From the NCBI GenBank assembly GCA_028724525.1, contig JAQYCV010000033.1, forward strand, positions 36,290 through 100,289: a DNA stretch of 64,000 nucleotides, read 5' to 3'. Position numbers and translations under genes: made by a program. Shown here one piece after another: positions 55,623 through 64,000 of the stretch; position 1 is the first letter of the stretch, and each line of letters opens with the position of its first letter. Below the pieces are notes generated by a model. That model worked only from the letters and a program-made list of their open reading frames with translations, did not search any database and was not told the DNA's origin. Source of the DNA: Clostridiales bacterium (GTDB lineage: Bacteria; Bacillota; Clostridia; Saccharofermentanales; DTU023).

Positions 55623-57706
55623 TAGCTCATGAGGTCTCTAAAGTAGGCCTCGTCCTCCATGGTCATCCGCTTTTTCCGTCTGCGCTTGCGCAGGCCCAAG
55701 ATCAGGCCCAAGAGGGCAAATAAGAGGCCCAGGCCGCAGAGAATCCAAGCCCAGAGGGGCATAATAGCCAGAGGGCCAGTGGGTGTCTCCATTTCTCCCA
55801 TAGAGGGATCATCCATCCAAGGCGGCATATCACCACCAGGAAAGTCCATATCCCCCATCCCCATATCCTCCATGACAGTGAGCTTGAACTCGATATCCTC
55901 AGAGGATACTTGGCCGTTTTCATCTTCATAACTGATCTGGAGCATGCGGGGGTCTTCAGGCGAGAAAACAGACTCCGCGGTGATCATCATGTCCACCAGG
56001 GAGCTCGCCCCGGCCTGAATATTGCCCAAGAACACTTCATCACCCGTAATCCCCTGGTTTTCGGGAACGGATACAGTAACGTTGTAAAGAGTCGTTTTGC
56101 CCTTGTTATATAAGGGGAAGTTGAGGCTGGTCTGCTGACCGACATTGATTTCCTCGGGCATAAGCTCCATCTTGCCGTGGTCCATGCGGACAGCCTGGTT
56201 GAGTTGGATGGAGATCGCCTCATTGGCCTGGATGGGAGAAGCTTTGACGTCTTCATACTCCATCTCCAGCTTGAGAGGATAAGCCTTTTGCGGTACCTGG
56301 ACCGAGGCAGTCATCATGAGGTCCAAATTGTACTCTGAATCGGGGTCAATCCAGGGGATGAAAACCGAGGAGGCACCTGATTCCGTAATAAAGGGAGGCA
56401 CCGCGGCGTCCCCCACCGGGTCAGAAGAAACGACCAGGCGGATATTCTGCACCCCCATGAGGGCAGAGGTATTCTTGATGGTCAGGGTAAGCTTAAAGTC
56501 TTCTCCCCCTTGGACCTTGCCTGGATTGGTCGTAAAACCCGTGCACATCAGGCGGGGCTTAGAGTCCGGCCAAACCTCCTGGTTGCCGCCTTGGCCCTTA
56601 TTATCTTCTGCCGGGTTGCCAACGATATTGACGAAGATGGGGAAGGTAGATTCCTGGATTTCCTGGTTGCCGTACTTGTGTTTGACTAAAAATTCAATTT
56701 GTTTGGGACCGGAGGTTACGTCTTCCCGGACCGTTAAGGGGCCAAAATTAGCAAGGATCATGGTGCCAGAAGCCTCACTGCCGGCGCTGGCCCCGGGAGC
56801 TAGAGGCAAGAGCCGCCTGCCCACCGCCTGGGTATAGTCGGTCTGGCCAATCACAAAAGGCCAGCTATCGGCCTCTCCCTTGATAACAGGGGTAATAGAG
56901 ATAATATCGACCGGGTCAAAGCCTCGGTTGATCAGGCCGAATTGCAGGTTGAGGGCCTGGCCGTAGGTACCCGTTTGGGAGGCAAGGAGGGCCGGGGCCA
57001 GAAGGATCCGGCTATTGCTCTTGTTATCGGGATTGCCAACGACCCGGATGGTGTAGGACAGGGTTTGTTCATAGACAAAATTGTAGCTTGACTGACCCGC
57101 TGTATCGCTGTAACGAATAGTAAAACTTAAATTATAGTACCCATCAGGCGTACCTGACTTCACCCATTGGGGATCAATAGTGATCGTAGTAGATTCGCCC
57201 GGTTCCAAAACATCGTTGCCAGCCACACCCATGACCTTTGTATAAAGCGATTCAAAAGGGAAACCATCCCCTGAAGAATTTAAGAAAATTTCCTGAATCT
57301 GCAAGGTGGCGTCCGAGACGTTCGCGATGTCAAATTGCACGAAGTCAAAGGCATCGGTATAAAAAACAGGCGGATTGAAAGAAGCTGCGATGCGGAAGGG
57401 GTATTCGGAAGACTTGTTGACCCGCCCGAGATCCAGATTTGTTGAGGGATCTGTAGTCGTAGGCACAGTAACAGTAGCAGTAGTAACCTGCGATTCTTCA
57501 GCACTGACGAGTGGGGCAGGACCTGTTAAAACTATACTGACAAGCAAGAGTAGGCAGACGAGATAGGCCAGCCTAAAAATCCGGGGAGCGGGTATAGCCG
57601 CCTGACCTACTCCCAGACCGCTTGCCCTTGAAGTAGAGTGACAACCCAGGGGGCGAAGGGTTTTCACAGAGATAATCTTATGCGTGTTGACCGGTTCTTG
57701 CTTCAT
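55622..57706 (-). CDS. Large exported protein of unknown function with a C-terminal TM anchor
   Basis: 694 aa. It has an N-terminal signal/anchor, a long beta-rich-looking body, a Met/Asp-rich segment (MEDMGMGDMDFPGGDMPPWMDDPSMGEME), then a TM helix and an RKRRRKKR tail. Confidence 0.6.
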   Translation of the reverse strand: MKQEPVNTHKIISVKTLRPLGCHSTSRASGLGVGQAAIPAPRIFRLAYLVCLLLLVSIVLTGPAPLVSAEESQVTTATVTVPTTTDPSTNLDLGRVNKSSEYPFRIAASFNPPVFYTDAFDFVQFDIANVSDATLQIQEIFLNSSGDGFPFESLYTKVMGVAGNDVLEPGESTTITIDPQWVKSGTPDGYYNLSFTIRYSDTAGQSSYNFVYEQTLSYTIRVVGNPDNKSNSRILLAPALLASQTGTYGQALNLQFGLINRGFDPVDIISITPVIKGEADSWPFVIGQTDYTQAVGRRLLPLAPGASAGSEASGTMILANFGPLTVREDVTSGPKQIEFLVKHKYGNQEIQESTFPIFVNIVGNPAEDNKGQGGNQEVWPDSKPRLMCTGFTTNPGKVQGGEDFKLTLTIKNTSALMGVQNIRLVVSSDPVGDAAVPPFITESGASSVFIPWIDPDSEYNLDLMMTASVQVPQKAYPLKLEMEYEDVKASPIQANEAISIQLNQAVRMDHGKMELMPEEINVGQQTSLNFPLYNKGKTTLYNVTVSVPENQGITGDEVFLGNIQAGASSLVDMMITAESVFSPEDPRMLQISYEDENGQVSSEDIEFKLTVMEDMGMGDMDFPGGDMPPWMDDPSMGEMETPTGPLAIMPLWAWILCGLGLLFALLGLILGLRKRRRKKRMTMEDEAYFRDLMS

Positions 57707-58517
57707 AACTCATCTTTCCTTTTTCGACCGAAATAATTTTGCCGTCACTGATGCGGAAAATACGATCGCCATATTCTGCTAATTTATCGTCGTGGGTAAC
57801 CATAATAATGGTCTGCTGGTGTTTTTTAGAGATTTCCTGGATGAGGTCCATGGTTTCCGTGGAGGTATGAGAGTCCAGGTTACCCGTAGGTTCATCCGCA
57901 AAGATAATGTTGGGGTTGACCACCAGGGCCCGAGCTATACCCACCCTCTGTTGCTGACCGCCGGACATTTCTGAGGGGCGGTGGTACATGTGCTTGGCCA
58001 GACCCAGCATGTGGAGGAGGACAGCGGCTTTTTTCATGCGGAGGGCCTTGGGCTCGCCGCGAAAAACCAGGGGCAGGGCAACATTTTCCAGGGCTGTCAT
58101 AGATTTAACCAAGTTAAAGGACTGGAAAACAAAGCCCACATGCTCCCGACGAAAATCGACCAGCTCATCTTCTGTCAAGCCCACAATATTCTTGCGATTA
58201 ATGAGGATCAGGCCCTTGCTGGGAGGCTCCAAACCCGCAAGCATATTGAGTAGGGTAGATTTACCAGAACCTGAGGTACCAACAATGACACAGAACTCAC
58301 CCTTACGGATGTCAAAGCTCACCCCATCCAAGGCGTGGACCCGGCTGTCCCCTACCCGATAGATTTTATAGAGATCACGGACAGAAATAATTGCATCCGG
58401 TAATTCTGACTTAGGCAGGGTAGCATTAATAGACCGAGGCGATGCATCGGCTTGCTGAGGCTTAGGCACAGATTTTGACACGGCGGCGTCAGCCGGCTGG
58501 GTCGGGTGAGATGACAC
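57678..58517 (-). CDS. ABC transporter ATP-binding protein (MacB/LolD-like)
   Basis: Walker A GTSGSGKST, signature MSGGQQQR, Walker B IFADEP. Confidence 0.9.
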   Translation of the reverse strand: MSSHPTQPADAAVSKSVPKPQQADASPRSINATLPKSELPDAIISVRDLYKIYRVGDSRVHALDGVSFDIRKGEFCVIVGTSGSGKSTLLNMLAGLEPPSKGLILINRKNIVGLTEDELVDFRREHVGFVFQSFNLVKSMTALENVALPLVFRGEPKALRMKKAAVLLHMLGLAKHMYHRPSEMSGGQQQRVGIARALVVNPNIIFADEPTGNLDSHTSTETMDLIQEISKKHQQTIIMVTHDDKLAEYGDRIFRISDGKIISVEKGKMSYEARTGQHA

Positions 58518-58620
58518 GAGAGTTACTCCTCTACTACTTGCACATTACATGACTAGTTTAACAGAAATAGCGGGACCTGGAAGCCTGATCTTGAATGAAC
58601 TTTTCCTCCCCTATTCCACA

Positions 58621-61323
58621 TTATTTGGCCAAATTATTGACGATGTAGGAGCCTTGCTCTGTTTTATGCACATCTAGGCGCTGGGGAATCAGTTCTTTAA
58701 GCTCTTCGACGTGGGAAATCAGGCCGCAGAGATAGGAACCCGAAGAAAGTTCTAAAAGAGTGGTCACGGCCTGGTGAAGACTTTCGCGGTCCAGGCTGCC
58801 GAAGCCCTCGTCTATAAAGAGGGTTTCTAGGGCCAGACCCCCTTGGCTGGCTCGGGCTACGTCTGACAGGCCCAAGGCTAAGGCCATGGCAGTCTGAAAG
58901 CTCTCACCCCCGGACAGAGTGGACAATTCCCGCGTATGGCCGCTGTAGCTGTCCCAGACCTCCATCTCCAGGCCAGCAAGCCTACGGCGGTCCACAGGGT
59001 TTTGCGCATGCACCAGGTGGTAGCGCTGGCCCGTCATGGCCCCGAGCCGAATATTGGCTGCTTCGAGAATGCCTTGGAAATAATAACCCTGGACAAAGGT
59101 CTCAAAATCCCTATTGATGCCGCCTTTTAACTGGCCATTGGCAGCCTGGCTGACTTCTTGCACATCACTGACCTCAAGCTCCAGCTGGGCAAGCTCCTGG
59201 CCCAATTGGGTCAATTGGGCCTCTAGTCGGCTATTTTGCCCTTGCCGGCTCTGGATATTGGCCTGGCTGGCACGCAGATCTTCTATAGCTTTACTCAAAC
59301 TGTCATAGCGAGCCTGCATTTGGGCCAGATCGGGTAATTGGGCCGGGACCTGCCAGTTTTTCTGAAAAGCTGTGGCTTCCAGCTGCAAGGCCTGGAGCCG
59401 GTTGCGGTCTTTCTGGACCTGGTCCAGCTGGGCCTTAATCTGGGCCGCATCCAGGCCCAGATTTTCATATTCTCCTAAGCTCTCTAGGCCAAAGCTTTTC
59501 AGAAGGACCAGGATGTGGTCCTCTTGCTTTTGCCACTGGCTCTCCGCCTCCGCTCTCTGACCCGCCAAAGAGTCCCTTTGGGCCTTGTAGGCCTGGTCTT
59601 GGGCCTGGATCTGCTCTTCTTCTGCCTGCAACTTGGCTTGGTGTTCTGCCCAAGCCCGCTGATTTTGCTCCCAAGTGGCCAAGACTTGTTCGGCCTCTGC
59701 CCGGCTCGCATAGGCCAGGTCTTCCCTCCGGGTTTTCAACTGGGCTTGAATAAGCTCAAACTCTTGCTCCAGCTGATTTAGCTTTGTCTGGGCAGACGCC
59801 AGTAGCTGGGCGTCCGCCTGGGCCTGAGTCTCTAAAAGCTCTGGGTCTGTCAGGCTTTCTGGCTGGAGAGCAAGGGAACTCAGCGCCTCCGTCTGTCCAT
59901 CTGCCGGATGCGGGTGATGGAGGGAACCGCAAACAGGACAGGCTTGGCCCTCTTGCAAAGTCGCCGCCAAGAGACGAGCCTGGTGGGCCAGGTCTTTGAG
60001 CCGGTCTTGTTCCTGAGCCTGCCAATCCGCCCAAGCCTGGGCGGATTTTTCGGCCTGGGCCTGAGCCTGGCGAAAAGTCTTGGCCTCCGCTTCTAGGCCG
60101 TCCTGGGCCTGCTTCAATTGATCTTCTAAGCTGGCGAGCTTGTCATATTGATCCAGGCTGGCCTGGATCAACTGGGCTTCTTGAGCTTTAGCTTGCCTAG
60201 CCTCTGCCTGGTCTTGGAAGGCCAAGCGCTGGCGGTTGATCTGGGCTTGGCGGGACAGAAAATCTTTAGCGTATTGGGCCTGCAGGTCCTCCTGGTCCTG
60301 GCAAAGCTGGTCTAAGCGGGCCTTGGCTTGGTCAAAGTCTGGACGACGGGCAGTCATCTGGGTCAGGAGCTCTAGCTGGCGAGCCAAGCCCTCTTCTCTC
60401 TGACCAATGTCTTGGCAGGCGGCTTCTGCCGCGGCTAGATCTTGCTGGAGCTTGGCCCAGCGCGCGGCTAAGTCGAGGATAGTCTTGGCTTGGGCTAGGT
60501 CCAGAGCCAGCTTTTGTTGCTGATCGCTGAGGGTCTCTAGTTCCTGGGCATTGACAAAAAGCTGGGCGGCATCGCGCTCTTTTTCTTTGGCCAGGAGGCC
60601 CAAGGGGAGGCTCACATCCCAAAACTCTTCCTGGCCTTGATTGCGCAAGTCCTGCCAGGCCTCCAGGAGGTCTGGCGATACGAACTGCAGGCCCTCCAGG
60701 ACGATGCGGGCCTGGGCCCGAACTTCCTGGAGCTGACCCTTGGCTTCTTGAAAAGCCTCCTTAAGGCGATTTTGGAAGACCTGGAGCTGGTCGGTTTGAA
60801 AAATTCTCCTTAAAATATCTGATCGTTCTTGAGACCCTGCCTGCAGGAAGCTAGAGAATTCCCCCTGGGCTAGCATAGAAACCTGGCGGAACTGGTCCAC
60901 CCCAATGCCCAGGATAGTCCGCATCTGTTCATCAATATCCTCCTGCTTGGTCAAGATACGACCATCTGGCAAGCTGAGGACTTGCTGGGCGGGCTGGTTG
61001 GTTGTCCCTGATCCCACTTTTTTGGCCCGCTCGTAGCTAGGGCTACGCTCAATGCAGTAGATTTTCCCCTGCTGACTGAATTCCAAACGGACAAAGGTCT
61101 CTCGGTCAGGACCAGCTTGGTCTGACCGTAGATTGCGCTGTTTACGCCAGGTCCCCGAAGCCTGGCCAAAAAGGGCAAAACTTAGGGCATCGAAGATGGT
61201 AGTTTTGCCAGACCCGGTGGGACCAGAGATCAAGAAGAGGCCAGATTCCAGGCTCTGAAAGTCCACAGTCTGCTGGTCGATAAAAGGCCCAAAGGCCTGG
61301 AGGGTCAAATGAAGGGGCCTCAT
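58621..61323 (-). CDS. sbcC: SbcC exonuclease ATPase subunit (SMC-like)
   Basis: Walker A GPTGSGKTT, a long Q/A/E-rich coiled coil with a CPVCGS zinc hook, and C-terminal LSGGESF / LFIDEGFGSLD. Confidence 0.9.
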   Translation of the reverse strand: MRPLHLTLQAFGPFIDQQTVDFQSLESGLFLISGPTGSGKTTIFDALSFALFGQASGTWRKQRNLRSDQAGPDRETFVRLEFSQQGKIYCIERSPSYERAKKVGSGTTNQPAQQVLSLPDGRILTKQEDIDEQMRTILGIGVDQFRQVSMLAQGEFSSFLQAGSQERSDILRRIFQTDQLQVFQNRLKEAFQEAKGQLQEVRAQARIVLEGLQFVSPDLLEAWQDLRNQGQEEFWDVSLPLGLLAKEKERDAAQLFVNAQELETLSDQQQKLALDLAQAKTILDLAARWAKLQQDLAAAEAACQDIGQREEGLARQLELLTQMTARRPDFDQAKARLDQLCQDQEDLQAQYAKDFLSRQAQINRQRLAFQDQAEARQAKAQEAQLIQASLDQYDKLASLEDQLKQAQDGLEAEAKTFRQAQAQAEKSAQAWADWQAQEQDRLKDLAHQARLLAATLQEGQACPVCGSLHHPHPADGQTEALSSLALQPESLTDPELLETQAQADAQLLASAQTKLNQLEQEFELIQAQLKTRREDLAYASRAEAEQVLATWEQNQRAWAEHQAKLQAEEEQIQAQDQAYKAQRDSLAGQRAEAESQWQKQEDHILVLLKSFGLESLGEYENLGLDAAQIKAQLDQVQKDRNRLQALQLEATAFQKNWQVPAQLPDLAQMQARYDSLSKAIEDLRASQANIQSRQGQNSRLEAQLTQLGQELAQLELEVSDVQEVSQAANGQLKGGINRDFETFVQGYYFQGILEAANIRLGAMTGQRYHLVHAQNPVDRRRLAGLEMEVWDSYSGHTRELSTLSGGESFQTAMALALGLSDVARASQGGLALETLFIDEGFGSLDRESLHQAVTTLLELSSGSYLCGLISHVEELKELIPQRLDVHKTEQGSYIVNNLAK

Positions 61324-62498
61324 GCTTGGCCTCCCTCTTGTAAGTCAGCTAGCACTTGGCCGACCAGGTCTGCTTGCGAAGCCTTTAAGGCATGCCCTGT
61401 CTCTTGCTGGAAGAAACGGGCAAAAAGATCCGGAAACTCCTGGGTAGAAAAGGCCTGCTTGGCTGTATGGCTAGCCTGCTTGGCAGCCTGGGCATAAGCC
61501 GAAAAAATGAGGCCGCAGAGTTTAGGATAACGGGCCTGGAGTTTGAGGGAGGCATCTAGGACGAGCTGGTTGTCAGTAAGTTCGGCAAAGATATAGGCCT
61601 CTGGATCAGGCGTCTGAACAGGGTCCAGGAGGTCTGCAAAAGCTCCTTGGATTTTTCGGACCGGATAGAGGGGCTGTAAAGGCTGGGCTTTCCATTGGAT
61701 CTGGCCTGCTTGGCTTTCGATGATAATAACCCGCTTATCCTGGTTGGCTTCCGAGGCTGAATAGGCCAGCGGAGAACCTGGATAAACTGCCCGCGGGCTC
61801 ACTTCCTGGGGGCGATGGAGGTGGCCTAGGGCGACATAATCAAAGTCTGCAAAGAGATCGAGGGGGACTTGCTCCACCATACCCAGAGAAGGAAATTCTG
61901 ATTCGGACACCAGGCTGTCCTGGTCCCGATTAACAAGCCAGAGGTGGGCCAGGATCATAGAAGGGATACCCTCGGCCCTGCGGCGGCGCACCCGGTCTAG
62001 GCTAGGCGCCAGGTAAGCGGCCATCAAGTCTTGATAGGAAGCCTGGCTGTAATCCGGGCCAGTCTCCCTGGCCGCAAGGACCTGTCTTAAGTCATAGCGC
62101 CTGGCATAGGGCAGGAGGTAGAGGTCCAGGCGGTCCTCCCCCTCCCCTAAAGTAAAGACTTGGGCCTGGTCCTGGATTTGGGCCCCTAGATGGATCCCCT
62201 GCTGGGCGAAAAGTGTCCGGCCATAGCCTAAGCGGCTAGCAGAATCGTGATTGCCCGATACTAAATAAAGGGGAAGGGCCTCGGCTGCCAAGCGGGAAAT
62301 AAACTGGTCAAAGAGTTCCAAGGCCTCCTGAGAAGGGTTGGCCCGGTCAAAAACATCGCCCGCCAGGACCAGGGCGTCAACCCCTTCGCGGCGGGCGATA
62401 TTCAGAATTTCATCTAAGATGTATGCTTGGTCGTCCCGGAGGGAAAAACCACTGAGATTTTTGCCTAAATGCAGGTCGGCAAAATGTAGGATTCGCAT
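61320..62498 (-). CDS. sbcD: SbcD nuclease subunit (Mre11-like)
   Basis: HFADLHLG, GDVFD and GNHD phosphoesterase motifs. Its stop overlaps the sbcC start. Confidence 0.9.
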   Translation of the reverse strand: MRILHFADLHLGKNLSGFSLRDDQAYILDEILNIARREGVDALVLAGDVFDRANPSQEALELFDQFISRLAAEALPLYLVSGNHDSASRLGYGRTLFAQQGIHLGAQIQDQAQVFTLGEGEDRLDLYLLPYARRYDLRQVLAARETGPDYSQASYQDLMAAYLAPSLDRVRRRRAEGIPSMILAHLWLVNRDQDSLVSESEFPSLGMVEQVPLDLFADFDYVALGHLHRPQEVSPRAVYPGSPLAYSASEANQDKRVIIIESQAGQIQWKAQPLQPLYPVRKIQGAFADLLDPVQTPDPEAYIFAELTDNQLVLDASLKLQARYPKLCGLIFSAYAQAAKQASHTAKQAFSTQEFPDLFARFFQQETGHALKASQADLVGQVLADLQEGGQA

Positions 62499-62501
62499 TG
62501 C

Positions 62502-63563
62502 TTATCCCACCAAGGTGATGAGGAAAAGCAGAATGAAATAGAGCCAATAGCGGCTGGACCTAGATTTGGGATAAATAGCATCTAGGACATAGGTGAAGCT
62601 AAAGAAGAGGGTGTACTTGGCCAGGACCAGAAGGCTAGCAGCAAAGCTCACCGAGATCAGAGAGATAAAGATAATCACGAAATGCAGGAGGGTCTGCAAA
62701 ACCGTGGTATAAGAAACGAGTTTCAGATACTGCAAGGCAGGTAACTTAGCCTCGCCCCCCATACCGGAAAAGATCCAGGCAGCCAAGAAGTAGAGGAGGA
62801 GGACCAGGGTCTGCTGGACAAGAGCCAGGCCAAAACTAGAACCCCAGCTAAAGCTACCAGCGCCTAAGAGGCCACTGAAAAGGCCCCCGACATCGCCGAG
62901 GTTTGCTAAGGCCGCAGCAATGCCTTGAGAGGCAAAGGTGGCCTGGGCCAAGGCATAGAAGAGAATATTGCTAGCTAAAAGGATAATCCAGGAGACCAGG
63001 GACAAATCCTGGTTCAGAGCCTGACTGGGGTTAGAAGAAAAGTAATGCTTAAATAAGCCAGAAAACTCACCAACTTGTTTGGTGAAGTCATAAGTAGAGG
63101 CACCTGGACGGCTAGATCTGGCCTGACCTTGGGGTCCACGAGGACGTGGGCGGCCCTGGGGCTGACCCTGGGGGCGGCTGGCATAGGCTTGGCCAGCCTG
63201 GTAGGCATCATATTGGCCTGTCGCCTGATTTTGATAGGCGGGGTCGTAGAGATTTTCTGGCTGAGGGACAGGGTTGGTATAGCCCGCTTGTGCTTGCGGA
63301 TTATAGTCCCCCGCTTGAGGGTTATATGGCCCGGTATAGGAATTCATGGCAGGGTCAGGCTGGTAGCCTTGACCCTGAGGCTGGGGATTATAGTCATAAG
63401 GTTGGCTAGGGGCATACGCCATTTGTGGCTGGCCTTGGGGGTTTACGGGAGGAAGATCCTCAAAGGGGGGCTCTGGTGAATTGGTCCGGGGCATACCTGC
63501 GGCTTGCGTATTATAGGGCATGGGATTTGGACCATGAGGGCGCCCACTATTATCTTGGTTCAT
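62502..63563 (-). CDS. Membrane protein with a Pro/Gln/Tyr/Gly-rich N-terminal low-complexity region
   Basis: 353 aa. The first ~150 residues are PQGY-rich and the C-terminal half has about 5 TM segments. Confidence 0.6.
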   Translation of the reverse strand: MNQDNSGRPHGPNPMPYNTQAAGMPRTNSPEPPFEDLPPVNPQGQPQMAYAPSQPYDYNPQPQGQGYQPDPAMNSYTGPYNPQAGDYNPQAQAGYTNPVPQPENLYDPAYQNQATGQYDAYQAGQAYASRPQGQPQGRPRPRGPQGQARSSRPGASTYDFTKQVGEFSGLFKHYFSSNPSQALNQDLSLVSWIILLASNILFYALAQATFASQGIAAALANLGDVGGLFSGLLGAGSFSWGSSFGLALVQQTLVLLLYFLAAWIFSGMGGEAKLPALQYLKLVSYTTVLQTLLHFVIIFISLISVSFAASLLVLAKYTLFFSFTYVLDAIYPKSRSSRYWLYFILLFLITLVG

Positions 63564-63690
63564 TACTGTACCTCCTCAACGCAAGCATCCTGATAAATAT
63601 ACAGGCTACAGAGCCACTTGCGTAATAGATTTGTAAGAATACGTAAACATTTTATACATAATTGTCGATTTGGGCAAACTTTTCGCCAGG

Positions 63691-64000
63691 CTAGCCCTCA
63701 CAAACCAGTGCGGCGGGATTTGGGGCAATTAAACGGTCCACCCTGATATCCACTTTTAAGACATTGATAGAGGTGTAGCGGCTCACATCCGCTGCGACCC
63801 GGGCCTGGGCAGCCCGCATGACCTCTTGGGCAGGATAGCCATAGTGGAGGGAGATAGTGATAGCAAAGCTGGCCCCGTAAGGCTCTTTGTTCGCCCGGAA
63901 ATGCCGCATTTGCCCGACTCCCTCTACTTGCTTGAGGGAGATACGGACCATCTGGGCCATGGCATCATCTGAGATTGAGTAGGAGCCTAGGGTAGAAAAG
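63691..64000 (-). CDS. Asp23/Gls24 family envelope-stress protein (5' end beyond window)
   Basis: ...VEGVGQM...ITISLHYGYPAQEVMRAAQARVAADVSRYTSINVLKVDIRVD... is typical of Asp23. The frame stays open upstream of the track's ATG to the window edge. Confidence 0.75.
   Translation of the reverse strand, partial: FSTLGSYSISDDAMAQMVRISLKQVEGVGQMRHFRANKEPYGASFAITISLHYGYPAQEVMRAAQARVAADVSRYTSINVLKVDIRVDRLIAPNPAALVCEG

Noticed and set aside
58936-60622. Multiple 60-96-aa ORFs in other frames and strands of sbcC, several of them Pro/Gly/Arg-rich
   Set aside because: They are by-products of the repetitive Q/A/E-rich coiled-coil codons of sbcC. They have no start context and are fully nested.

Overview
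This 64-kb window looks like a Gram-positive (Bacillota-type) chromosome: it has T-box and TPP riboswitches, an LPXTG surface protein and strong Shine-Dalgarno sites. Most of it is G+C-rich housekeeping and peptide-metabolism genes, largely on the minus strand. These include a three-gene flavoprotein cluster (GlpA-like, FAD oxidoreductase, DUF1667), a TPP-riboswitch-controlled thiXYZ-type transporter, tRNA-Sec, hslO, ispF, msrAB, queT and a T-box-controlled long-form ileS. Further along are citX/citC, brnQ, an RpiR-linked Opp/Dpp-type ABC system, several peptidases (two M42, M18, PepF), hemZ-like, pgeF, murI, a MacB/FtsX-type ABC operon, sbcCD and an Asp23 gene. Two AT-rich accessory inserts stand out.

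(1) 18.7-28.1 kb is a co-directional block. It contains a radical-SAM/SPASM maturase, two LanFEG-like ABC modules and a fused ABC exporter. At its head is a 57-codon Cys-rich ORF (27935-28108, minus strand) that falls below the ORF-track length cutoff. I read this as a candidate new sactipeptide/ranthipeptide-type RiPP bacteriocin locus and the best candidate for the undescribed system.

(2) 2.6-5.6 kb holds an Abi_2 abortive-infection gene, tRNA-Ser(GGA) and a nuclease-like gene. It also holds seven helically phased copies of the palindrome GTGAAA-N15-TTTCAC.

A second hairpin-repeat array (42.36-42.79 kb), with possibly related copies at 40.6-40.7 kb, brackets the LPXTG gene. No CRISPR array, rRNA, transposase or integrase was seen. 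RNA and repeat coordinates are hand-derived and may be off by a few nucleotides.
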